From the human T2T-CHM13v2.0 reference genome, Homo sapiens: a stretch of DNA of 64,000 nucleotides. How positions within the stretch are numbered: position 1 is the first letter of the stretch; every line of letters starts with the position of its first letter. The stretch lies in assembly GCF_009914755.1 (NCBI RefSeq), contig NC_060935.1; one strand, given 5' to 3'. The position numbers and the translations under genes were made by a program. The notes below the pieces were generated by a model. It searched no databases. It was not told the DNA's origin and saw nothing but the letters and a program-made list of their open reading frames with translations. This document shows positions 1-11,346 of this stretch, in pieces.

Positions 1-315
1 CTTCATGTCTTCCCTCTGCTGCTTTCTGTCTTCATTTACTCACTCCCCTCCAAGCAGCCATTCCTGACCACCTTAGCTAATGCTGTCCTTCCTCTGCCAC
101 TCCCCCTTAGGATGATCATATCTCATTTATTTCGTTTTCTTCACAGCATATTTTAGTACTTGAAATGGACTGTTTATATGTTGTATTCTCTGTCTTCTAC
201 TGCACAAGCTTAAGGTCCTTAAGGGTAGGAAATCTGTCTGTTTCACTGTTATCCCTCCAGTGCCCAGAACAGTGCTTGCAACATAGTTGTTGCAATAAAT
301 ACTGATTGACTGAGT
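1..315 (+). mobile_element. L2 LINE 3' end relic
   Basis: Degenerate L2 terminal motif 'cccagaacagtgcttgcaacatagttgttgcaataaatactgattgactgagtga' at ~263-316; left boundary approximate. Confidence 0.7.
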
Positions 316-3300
316 GACATTTAATATTCTTCATTTGTCTCTTCCCTTCTGTAGCTATTTTGATTTATGTTTTAAAGAGAGAGGTAACAATTTGCTTTGA
401 TATGCTGGGCTTAGTAAATTGGGTTTGCCCCATTCATCTGAAGAAGCTATGCTGCCAGATCCCATCAATCTTTTAAATGTGACTTTTCTTTTTCTGCCTT
501 CTTCTACGTGCTGGAAGTGGATTTACTTTATGTTGCAAAACTGTTGTCCCATTTTTTAACCAGTATGTGACAACTCTTGGAATAAGTCTATACTGATTCC
601 CTTCACTTCTTTCTTAGTTTGGGGGTAGTTTGTGTGAGACTGTACTCTTTTCATTATATGGCCCTATAAGAACTGAGACCAACTCTGTCAAGCAGTCGTT
701 GTCCTCCATCTCCCTTCTCTGGGATTGCAGAAGGAAAAATCCCTAGCTTATGCATCAAGAAACTCTCTATTATTGATGTTGTAAAGTTCTGCACACATCA
801 GATGGAGAGGTGATGGAAGGAGCAGCAAAGCTGCTGTAAAATCTTGAAGGGGAAATTGAGGAGGGGGTTACCAGTGTTCATTTTGCCCTGCTCCTTGGGA
901 GTCACACCTGCATGGAAAGCTCCAAGCAGAGTAGAAATCAAGCACATAAGGCCGAGTGGGCTATGCCAATTTCTGGTTAAGGATTCTCTGTTCCAGCATA
1001 AACTTTGCATTCTCATGACAGAATTAAACTACTGTCTGAGTTCCTAGTAAATGCATGACATATTGTGAATTACTAAGTAGTGGTCTTGATAGGTTAGAGG
1101 ACAGGATGGTCAGGGAGATAAATGAGACATGGATCCTATTGCTCAAGGAGCTTCTAATGAATAATATAATATAACCCACATAAAAGGGAGAATATGAGTT
1201 AGGCCAGTAGAAAGAAACAAGCAAAATGTGATGGATATTTAAAGGGGGGAAATCACAAGTAGGTTGAAGGGAGGATGGGAGAGAATGAAGAGGGAAAGCT
1301 GCATGGGAGAGGTGCCGTTTAAGGAGAACATGGGGTGTGGGGTGTGACAACCTGGGGAAAATGTGCCCCAAATGACTGAAATGTTACGGACAGGGATCCT
1401 CAGGCCATCCTTACTTCTGTTATGCAAGACTTTGAATAGGCCTGTTAAGGGAAGTATTGCCAAGGAAGCTTGCTAGACCTTTTGCAAAATTAAGAACTGT
1501 TGAGCAAAATAAAGTATTCATCTGCAAACCTGCTGTCCAGCTGACAGATGGAGCTCTGGCCAGGAGCCTTGCCCGGTGTTGTGTCTGTCAACAGGGAAAC
1601 TGGGAGAAGCTTACTCCAAGGGGCCTGGAGGACTATGTTTTTTCATAAACAGATTTTTCCTAATAGCACTTTCAACTAGGTTGGCCTTGCTGGGCATCCC
1701 CCATACCACTACTTACCTCACATTTTTCTATAAATCAATCCTCTATTTTACTTAAATGAATCTCGGCCTATTCTAACAATAGTATCTGTGAAATTATGAG
1801 TCTGATCCACCAGTTTTTATGTTTTCCCAAATTTTACACCCCCTGCCATTATCTCATGTATTTTATAAAAGTGATGCCAAATCTGTTTCTGGGGAACTTG
1901 TATCTCTGCCTTTAAAATAGCTTCAACTTTTGGGGAAAAGTAAAATTACTTCTTTAACATCCTTGTAGCAGTCCTATTAAGTCCTTCTGCCTCATCTCCC
2001 TCCTCCCTCCTATCCCTGCCCCTTTCTAGATTCTGTAACATTCTGAGCCTGCAGGGATTGTAGAGGACATAATAAAAAAGATCTTGGGTATTTTAGGATT
2101 TGAAGTGCAATAAAAGGAAATTACTGACACACTGAATTGCCATTTAATGGGAGATGGTGATATCGATCTGGTAATGTTTCCTGCGGTCCTAGTTGTAATA
2201 ACTGTATAATATCATACACTTTATCAAAATAATTTAGAAGCTGGCAAATGAAGTTGTTACAGAGCCTCTGAGTAAAATGGAATGAAAGTCAGAGGGTCCA
2301 GAAGATGGTGAGGGAAGAAGAATGGAAAGGGCTACAGGACTAAATTAGAGGAAGACTATAAAGCTCTGGTCAGAATAGATTTCTGAGGATTAAGTTAATG
2401 TCTGCATGGGGCTCTAAGTCTCTTGGATCCTGTTATTCTACGAAGATACAAAATGATGTCCTTATCTCCTCATTTGCTTTAACCATTCTTCTTCTGAGCT
2501 GATGTAAGTTAGCATGTACACTTGCTTGATTTGTAGAATATGATTATGTTTATTAGAATATTTCTGATATAATAAACCAACTTTATGATGGGTTTGTTTA
2601 TCAGCAGGTTGCAAGTTTAGTGCGGGGCTTAACACATTGGTTTTTATAGCGCATAATGAAATGTCTGCTGTTACCAAAAATTTAATGAAAATTATGATAG
2701 TATTCCTCAGCTTCCTTATTAAAAAATTAAGTCCTAATATTTCTGAAACTTTCATTATTACTTTAATCAGTTTGTATCCTCAATATCCTTTTTGAGCCCT
2801 AAGGTTCTTGAATTTTCAAATTTTCTTCTGTGTTCTTTCTTCACTGTTTTCTTCACATGAGTAATTTAGAACATGACAATAGAGAATTGGTTGAGCATAA
2901 TTAAGGGAGATTTCTCTTTTTTTGAACAAATAAACCCCTACTTACTACTGAAATAATACATATTGTAAACCTTCTTGATTTGGTCTTCATTTAAAAATTT
3001 CTAGTAACTTGGAGAGTCACTGATATTTGATTTTGTATGAATGACAAAAGGGTGTTTTCTAAGAAATTAAATAGTATAAATATGTTTTAAATGGTAGCTT
3101 TAAATTTAAAGACCCAGGTTTTTTAGCACTTCAGAAGTATTAATTTTCTTGACCATTTCAGGTTTCTTTTCAACTCTTGTCTTCTGTAAATACAATATGT
3201 CAATTTTAAAGAATTTTCAAGTAATTAACCTATATGGGACCTCTTCTAGAAAACATCTTGGCCGAGAGTGTACAGATATTTTTAAACCTTTGAAAATATT

Positions 3301-4121
3301 TTACATTTAGTTAAAAGCTTTATATTTTTCTATTTCTGTGTTTTCTTTACTAGTTTAGGGACAGAGCTATATTATATTTATCTTAAATATCATCTTAATA
3401 GTCTCATTTTACCTTTTTTAAAGTGGAAAAGAAAATAGAACACTGAACTCTTGACCTTCTCTATGAGTCTGTGGGCACTTTTTCTTATATGTTTATTTTG
3501 CTGTGCTGTTTACTTCTACAGATGTTTACATAAAGAGCTTTTCACAGATTTTGGAAACTTTTAGGTTCCTATGAAAGCACGGCAACTTTGTAAATGGGGA
3601 TGGTTAAGAGACAGTTCTAAAAGGTGGCCCTATTTGCACACATACACAGTAGTTACTTCGATATTTTAGCTATGTTTGTCAGGTATTTAGTGCAACATGC
3701 AAACCATAGCAGCAGTAACAGGGAACTTCTGTTGTAGTGTGTGCCATGAACGCCAAACCTTGATTCTCTAGTCTTCCCAGGTACCACACTGAAAGTAGGA
3801 GCCTCTCCATCCATCTCTTTGTCACGGGTGCCATAATCCTAGGCCAGACCCTCATCTTCTTGTCTCATGCTGGATTAGGGATGCAGCCCTCTCCAAGACG
3901 TTTATCTCTCTTTTCTTTCTCCCTAGCAATCCTTCCATGTTGCCAGAGTAATTTCCCACTTTTAGCCACTTACATTTAACACCTTTACCATATGAAATCC
4001 AAACTCCTGTGTCTGGATTTCTAATGCTGCAATAAATGGCTTCAACCTTATTCAACCTTATTTTTTTTTCTAAATGCGAACAGGCCTCTTGGCTCATCTT
4101 TGGTTCTACTGATTGGCAAAC

Positions 4122-4147
4122 ATAAGAATAAGCATGCTTATTCTTAT
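4122..4147. repeat. Perfect 26-bp spacerless palindrome
   Basis: ataagaataagca|tgcttattcttat; the two halves are exact reverse complements. Confidence 0.95.
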
Positions 4148-4610
4148 TTCCATGACTTGATTTATGACACCCCTCCCCCAGCTTTTCTGGAATCTGTTTC
4201 CTTACTTTCTTTCATTTTATCCAACACCTATCTGCCCTTCAAAGTCCACCTTGATTGTTAGGTTCATCATGTTCACCATCTCACTACTCCTCTTCACTTC
4301 AGAAGACCACACTTAAGTCTCTACCAGCAATGTAACATGTAGCTACCAATTGATTGGTTTACTTTTCAGGAGCACATGAGTTGTGTAAAATAAGAAATAC
4401 CTCTAAATGTTCATTTGGATGATAATGATTCTTAAATGCAAGACTTATGTACATTTATGCTTGCTTATAACCTTTTATTTTTCATAATTCCAGTTTTCTA
4501 GCAACTCTCCTAGGTTAAGAAATGAAGAAGTTGGATTAGGTATCTCATCTTTAGAATGTTTTCACCATTAAGATTTGAATAAATTTTCAGAATGCATAGT
4601 TGATCACGTT

Positions 4611-4654
4611 TATGTGTGTGATACATATAAAATATGTGTGTGATACATATAAAG
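4611..4654. repeat. 22-bp tandem duplication
   Basis: tatgtgtgtgatacatataaa(a/g) x2. Confidence 0.9.
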
Positions 4655-5049
4655 TAACAATATTTTTTAAAAAGAATCTCATATCTTATTAAATCAAGTA
4701 CTGAATATGAAAAAGAGGCCACTTTGTTGACACATGACAGAATACTTTTTCTGCCAAATTGTAGTTCTTTGTGCTTGAATTTGCATGGGCAAACAGTCCC
4801 GAACCAAAATATTTTCTTTAGCACAAACTATTTTACAAAACAATGGCTAATACATTAACCCTTTTTTATTTGTATTAATATTGCCAATCAGCCTAGCAGT
4901 ATAATGCATTTTTATCAAATGAGTCACAAAATTGTAAAATCACAGAAGTTAGAGCCAAAAGTGACACTGAAAATTAGTTTTAAGCAGAATTTTACATATT
5001 TAGGACTGCGAGTAAGCATTTTATCTTGGTACATGAGGTGGAAAGTTGA

Positions 5050-5523
5050 AAATATTCACTTGCTTCCCCCATCTTCATGGGAGGAGTATATTTACTCACG
5101 CCAGGATCTTGACCTTGGCCTGTGACTTTCTTTGGCATCTAAGATGGTGGTGTCTACTACCTGTCCCTTGACTTCTGGTATGGCTGTGTGACTCCCTTTG
5201 GCCAATGGAATGTTAGCATTCGTGACACTAGGTTTAAAAGGTGTGTTGTGCTTTGCTATTGCCAGGGGAAGAACTTCCCCAGGTAGTTGCTGCATCTTCG
5301 GCCTGGGTGCCTCAACGAGTATGTATAGAGTAGACATAGCACAATCTGTAGTGGGGAGTCAAGCTCAGTTAGACCTACTGTTTGAAGCAGAGCCACTGGC
5401 CTACTTAGATCACAGCTGAGTTGGGAATCCAGGAGCATGAGAATAGAATGCTTATTGGCATATGCCGTTGAGTTTGGGGTAGTTTGTTATGTGGCATTAC
5501 TGTGGCAATAGCTAACTGGTATA
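5050..5523 (+). mobile_element. MaLR LTR (MLT1 family)
   Basis: Motif 'gtgactccctttggccaatggaatgttagca' and 3' terminus 'gagtttggggtagtttgttatgtggcattactgtggcaatagctaactggtata', typical of MLT1. Confidence 0.75.
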
Positions 5524-6023
5524 ACCTCGTAGGACAATCTTATTTTTAATAACATAATTTCCATTTCTAGTACTAACTTTCTTAACTAACCCATTTACGT
5601 TCCTTTCTGGCTCCAAGACACACTGTTCCCACTCTAAAACAATCTGACTGATGCCTGTGACTCACTGATTGCTTGCAGCTGTAGCTTATTTTTTAGTGGG
5701 CCCACATACTTTTGCACCTAGCAGTTGCTAGGTGTTTACAAGAATCAATTTTTGTTGTTTTCAAACTTGCTGATACCAGTTGTACTTATATATTTTAATT
5801 AAATATTATGTAAATTAATGAAATGTGCCTGTGTAAAGGTTGCTTCTGGGAAACCAAGTTAAATGCCAGGAAAAAACTAGTTTCCAGAAAGTTTCTGCCA
5901 AGATATAACATCTAGAAGGTTGTTTTTTAAGTATTCCTAAGTTATTGCTTTATTTTTAGAGAATGCCTAAATGGAAATCACAGACAATTAACTCTATCTG
6001 CTGTTTCATGCAAGACAGAGCAG

Positions 6024-6530
6024 ATCATTACTGGATATATACCCAAGGAAAAATAAACTGATCTATCAAAAAGAAACAAGCACTCAGATGTTTATTGCAG
6101 CACGATTCACAACAGCAAGACATGGAATCAACCTAGATGCACATCAGCGGTGGATTGAATAAAGGAAATGTGCATACACACCTTGGAAAACTACACAGTT
6201 ATAAAAAAGAATGAAATCATGTCCTTTGCAGAAACATAGATGCAGCTGGAGGCCGTTGTCCTAAGTGAGATAACACAGGAGTAAAAAACCAAATACGGCA
6301 TGTTCCCACTTGTAAGTGGTAGCATTGGGCATACATGGGCGTAAAGATGGCAACAATAGACACTGGGAATACTAGAGTGGAGAGAGAGAGAGGAGGGCAA
6401 GGGTTGAAAAGCTACCTGTTGCTTACTATGCATAGCACCTGAGTGACGGGGTCACTTGTACTCCAAACTCAGAATCACACCATATACATTTGTAACAAAC
6501 CTGTACATGTAACCCCTGATTCTAAAAAGT
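6024..6530 (+). mobile_element. 5'-truncated L1 (ORF2 end plus 3' UTR, L1PB-like)
   Basis: 'ctggatatatacccaaggaa...atgtttattgcagcacgattcacaacagcaagacatggaatcaacctagatgc' and 'aatgaaatcatgtcctttgcag...gtaacaaacctgtacatgtaacccctgattctaaaa'. Confidence 0.9.
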
Positions 6531-6561
6531 CAATCTTTTTTTTTTTTAAAAAAAAAGGTAA

Positions 6562-6762
6562 ACTTGGGCAACATGGCAAAACCCCACCTTTACTAAAAAC
6601 AACAAAAAAATTAGCTGGGCCTGGTGGCACAAGCCCGTATTCCCAGCTCCTCAGGAGGCTGACTGATGGGAGAATCACCTGAGCCTGGGAAGTCAAGGTG
6701 AGCTGTAATTGCACCACTGCACTCCAGCCTGGCTTATAGAGTCAGACCCTGTGTCAAAAAAT
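6562..6762 (+). mobile_element. 5'-truncated old Alu (AluJ-like)
   Basis: End of left arm, A-rich linker and right arm ending 'gcaccactgcactccagcctgg...gtcagaccctgtgtcaaaaaa'. Confidence 0.9.
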
Positions 6763-8099
6763 AGAACACTAAAATTCTAACCCACAGAAATTCCTGAGGG
6801 GAGGAGGAGTGGCTGGGTAAGAGGGCTTGACCTTTCTGAAGCGATTGGTGAATGAGCTTATAGTTATGTATTTTATGTTAAAGTTACATGTTTAAGGTAT
6901 GCATTAATCCTTTAATAAACTTTTATGAGTAATTAATCAACTATTAGGGAGTGGCTTTGTTAGGGATATCTCATTAGGGTTTGCTCCCTATAGAATGGTG
7001 TTGAGACAATCATAAAGAATCTTGACTTTGGTGCAAACATTTTCTCATTTTTATGCTTCGCCATGGTAGTTATTTTTATAGGTAGGCCTGTGTTTGGATG
7101 TTCTATACCTTTGAGTTTTGCTGGGCCTCTTTGGGTTTCCTAAGTGCAATTTTTGGATTGTATTTTTTGGTGGTTAAATCTAGAAATCTCCCTATGTAAT
7201 ATATAGTGATGGAAGTTGCATTGTGTAGACAACTATTTAAATATGTATTCTTTATGAAGTATATATTTTTATGAAGTTTATGTGTCTACATATATATATA
7301 CACACACGTAATTTTCCTATATAAGAAAATTATAAGAACCTGTCAAAATAAATAGAAGAATAAAAACAAGTTGTGAGTCAATTCTTTAGTTCTTTAGTTT
7401 TGAATCCTATTTGCACATAGTTAATTTGGAACATGCAGCAATTCATCTTAGGTTTCCTGTCATTAGTAGCGATTAGTAAAGGTATGGAGCTAGAGGGAGG
7501 GATATTTCTCTGGAGACCAGCCCATCTCAGGAGACAGTGTACCTGGAGTAGGATATGGTCCATGCCTGTTGATCAAGTGTGTGCTGTTCACTCTGAGTTT
7601 ACAGCATGAGTGGCTTCTCCTCCTCTGGTGGTGGGTGCTGTTGGATTCTAAGGACAGGAATGCCAAGAGAAGATGAGGAAATGAAAACAGTAACTCTTAA
7701 ATAGGAAATGGCCATACCAAGTGGGTGAAATCCCAGCATGAGTAATGTAAATGTGGGTCCAAGGAAAAGAAATATTATTTTAAATTACATTACTAAACCT
7801 TTTATCTAAGACTTTATAAGCCCTGTGTGCTGTGCATACTATAATGACCTTAGGATATGCAGTTTTATTTAAATATCCATCAGGGCTCAGCTGCTTCTGT
7901 CCATGGAGTGATCAACCCCAGTGTGTGGCTCAGCCTCTCTCTTCACTGACTGCTGCTGCAGCTGTTATGCCACCCCTGCCTCTTATGTGGGAAGTTACAG
8001 GGGTTCTTTACTGTCTTTGGAATCAATCACCAAATCTTGTAGATTCAAGCAGCTTAATATCGTTTGTATGTATCCCTTTTCTGAATAATTATTATAATT

Positions 8100-8650
8100 A
8101 TTTAATTTATTGAACACATGTTATGTATCATTCATTTACTTTTCTAAGTGCTTCACATGTATTAACTCAATTATCTTCACACATGTGTGAGTGCATGTGC
8201 ACACACACACCCACCAAAAAAAGAGGTACTTTGTTCATCGATACATAATATTTTACATATTTATGGGGGCATGGGATATTTTGTTGCATGCATACAATGT
8301 GTAGTGATCAAGTCAGGGTATTTGGGACATTCATCACCTTGAGTCTTTATCATTTCTATGTGTTGAGAACATCTCAAGTTCTTTCTTCCGGCTACTTTGA
8401 AATATGCAATATGTTGCTGCTAACAAGTCACCCTACTCTACTACAGAACATTAGAACTTACACCTTCTGACTGTATATTTGTACCCATTGACCAACCTCA
8501 CAAAAAGGAGGTACTTTTTAAAATCCCCACTAAAAGGATAAGATAACTGAGGTTCAGAATATTGCTCCAAGTCTCATGCTAGGTTAGTAGTGGAATAAGG
8601 ATTTGAAGCCAGTCAGCCTTAAGCCATGATCTCAGTCACCTTGCTCTATT
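8100..8650 (-). mobile_element. MIR relic split by an L1 insertion
   Basis: MIR-like 'aagtgcttcacatgtattaactcaattatcttcaca' before the L1 and 'gataagataactgaggttcaga...ggatttgaagccagtcag' after it. Confidence 0.6.
8233..8500 (-). mobile_element. L1MA-type 3' end fragment with TSD
   Basis: Reverse L1MA 3' UTR 'gatacataatattttacatatttatggg...gtgtagtgatcaagtcagggtatttggg...gtacccattgaccaacctc'; flanks caaaaaaagaggtacttt (8215-8232) and caaaaaggaggtacttt (8501-8517). Confidence 0.85.
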
Positions 8651-9159
8651 GAATCATTATTAATTGACTTAAGTTTCTCAAGCAAATGTGTTTTCTAGTA
8701 AAAATAAAGTTTTTCAACTAATCTTTTCCTACAAATCTAGTATAAAATCATAGGTATCCATAGATTACAACAACAACAAAAAAGACTATATTATTGAACT
8801 AGTGCTAAAGTGTCCTTCCAAGGAAGAGGGAACATTAGTGACTTGCTCAAGAACGATCGAAGACATGAGCTGAGGTACTTTGACTCTCTGACTAGCTTTT
8901 CCATTTTATCATACAGATTTAATATGACAAAAGCCTGTTCTTATAGCAGCTATGAACATTGGGTATAGGAAAGAAAATGATTTGAGAGGCCTGGATGTAG
9001 GGGTTTGGAAAAAGTTTTTAAAAAATGCTCAGAAGATTTTGGAATTAATTGAAAAGGTGTACTTTGAAACTGGAAATTGACATTTAAGAAATACAGCAGT
9101 AAGTAATTAATGGGAATGAAAATGTTGAAAACACATATGTATTCCTTTTTGTGCATTAC

Positions 9160-10370
9160 TGCTGTCCTGCTTAAGGTAATTTTTTCTTTGCTCCTGGATC
9201 ATTGCAGTAGCCCTCAAAAATATCTTTTCTGCCAGCTGCAGCTATCTGTCATTGCTGCAAGCATTACCTTTCTAAATCACAAACAGGATCATGAACCTCT
9301 TAAAATATTTCAGAGGTCCTCATAACTAACTCTGTGATCAGTTAGATCTCTATAATTCAGCTCCCAAGGCTGTTCATGCTTTATTGTCTGCCCATTTCTC
9401 CAGCTTCGTCTTTATTAGGCCACTCCCTCACCCAGCACACATATACCATTTGATCTAGCCTTACCAAATGACTTGAATTTCCTGAAACTTATCATGCTGT
9501 TTCATGAGAGACCTTCGTACATACAATTTCTTATGTCAACCCTGTTCTTCCATTTCCTAGTATGTTATTTTTATTTGTTCTTCAAAACTCAAGCCAACTT
9601 CTTAAAATCTAGGTTCTCTTTGACTTAATAATTCCACCTCTAAGAATCTGTTTTAGTGAAATATATATTTATTGCAAATATGTTTATTGCTACTACTTAT
9701 AATAGCAAAAAATACTGTATTTGAAGCAATTAAATATGCAGTAAGGGATTGATTTAATAACTACTGTGCAATATTACATAGCTATTAGCTTTGTATTGTC
9801 AAAAATTTTTTGATAAGATAAAACCTATAATATTAAATGACAAGAGTATGAAACACAAACACATGTATATGTCTTTCCATTTGTACATTACTCTCTGTAT
9901 GTTAAGTGGGGAGTGGAAGAGAGATTGCAAAAGCTCACTGGAAGGAAATATCTTCAAATTAATAGAAGCTCTTTAGATGATAGGATTATAGGTGATTTTT
10001 ATATCTTTATATTTATAATTTATTTTATTTTGCAAGTTTCTACAAGTATAGATGTATTTTGTAATCAAGAAAAGAACAATTTAATTACACACATGCAAAT
10101 GAGTTCAAGGATCTGGCTACCTGGAAAGCCTTCCGCACACTCCCTTGCTGATCAGGATGCCTCTCTTCTGCATTTCCGCAGGGCCTGTGCTTAACTCCAG
10201 TTGTGCACCTGTGGCACTGAATGCCAATCACTGACTCATTCATCTCTCCCTGGTCCTAAACTATGATATTCTTAAGGGCAGGCATGAGTCTTAAGTGACT
10301 TTTCCTCAGAGCCTAGCATAGTAACTGCCAGATGGTGAGTGCTCAATCAAAGGTATTGAATCAATAAATG
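9160..10370 (+). mobile_element. Fragmented L2, probably interrupted by an old L1M piece (~9610-10080)
   Basis: L2-like 'cctggatcattgcagtagccctc' and 3' end 'gagcctagcatagtaactgccagatggtgagtgctcaatcaaaggtattgaatcaataaatga'; L1-like 'taattccacctctaagaatct...atgtttattgctactacttataatagcaaaaaa'. Confidence 0.5.
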
Positions 10371-10589
10371 AGAAACAAAGGCTTCTCTGGATTTAGTCAG
10401 CCACCCTAATCGCTCACTGGTCCACTGCATGAGAACATTAGACCTGGATTTCAGTGGAACCTGGGAGAAATGATTGTATGTTTGGATTACTCCTTTTCCT
10501 AGTAGCTTAAACTAGAGTTCTCATATTCAAGGATCCTACTCTTCAAATCTCCATCCCCACCATCTGACTTGTGCAAACATTATCCCTTC

Positions 10590-10845
10590 TTTTTTTTTTG
10601 AGACACAGTCTCTCTCTCTCGCCCAGACTAGAGTGCAGTGGTGTGATCTTTGCTAACTGCAGCCTCCACCTCCTGGGTTCCAGCGATTCTCCTGCCTCAG
10701 TCTCCTGGGGAGCTAGGATTACAGGCACACACCACCATGCCCGACTAATTTTTGTATGTTTAGTAGAGATGGGGTTTCACCATGTTTGCCAGGCTGGCCT
10801 TAAACTCCTGACTTCAGGTGATCTGCCTGCCTCAGCCTCCCAAAG
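10590..10845 (-). mobile_element. AluS, 5'-truncated by about 35 bp, with 16-bp TSD
   Basis: Reverse Alu ending at 'cctcagcctcccaaag'; TSD acatt(a/g)tcccttcttt at 10577-10592 and 10846-10861. Confidence 0.95.
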
Positions 10846-11058
10846 ACATTGTCCCTTCTTTAAGGTCTGTTTCAAATGCCTGAAGCTCCTTGAGGACCTT
10901 CCTGATGTCCCTAGTCTGATCTGAAGATTTTAAATCACTTTATCAGGACTTATTGTCACCTGCCTTGTATTAGCCATTTTTTTCTGCATCTTATTCCCTT
11001 ATGAGACTTTAAGGATTTAATAATTTCACAGTGTATTCATACATGAAAGCATGATGTT

Positions 11059-11346
11059 GGCCAGGCGCAGTGTCTCATGCCTATAATCTCAGCACTTTGG
11101 GAGGCCGAGGCGGATGGATCACCTGAGGTCAGGCGTTCGAGACCAGCCTGGCCAACATGGTGAAAACTCATCTCTACTAAAAAGTACAAAATCAGCTGGG
11201 TGTGGTGGAGCATGCCTGTAATCCCAGCTACTCGGGAGGCTGAGGCAGGAGAATCACTTGAACCTGGAGGCAGAAGTTGCAGTGAGCCAAGATCACACCA
11301 TTGCATAAAGAGTGAAACTCTATCTCAAAAAATACAAAAAAAAAAA
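11059..11346 (+). mobile_element. AluS
   Basis: ggccaggcgcagtgtctcatgcc... dimer with poly-A tail; short deletion near the 3' end ('ccattgca^taagagtgaaactc'). Confidence 0.95.
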
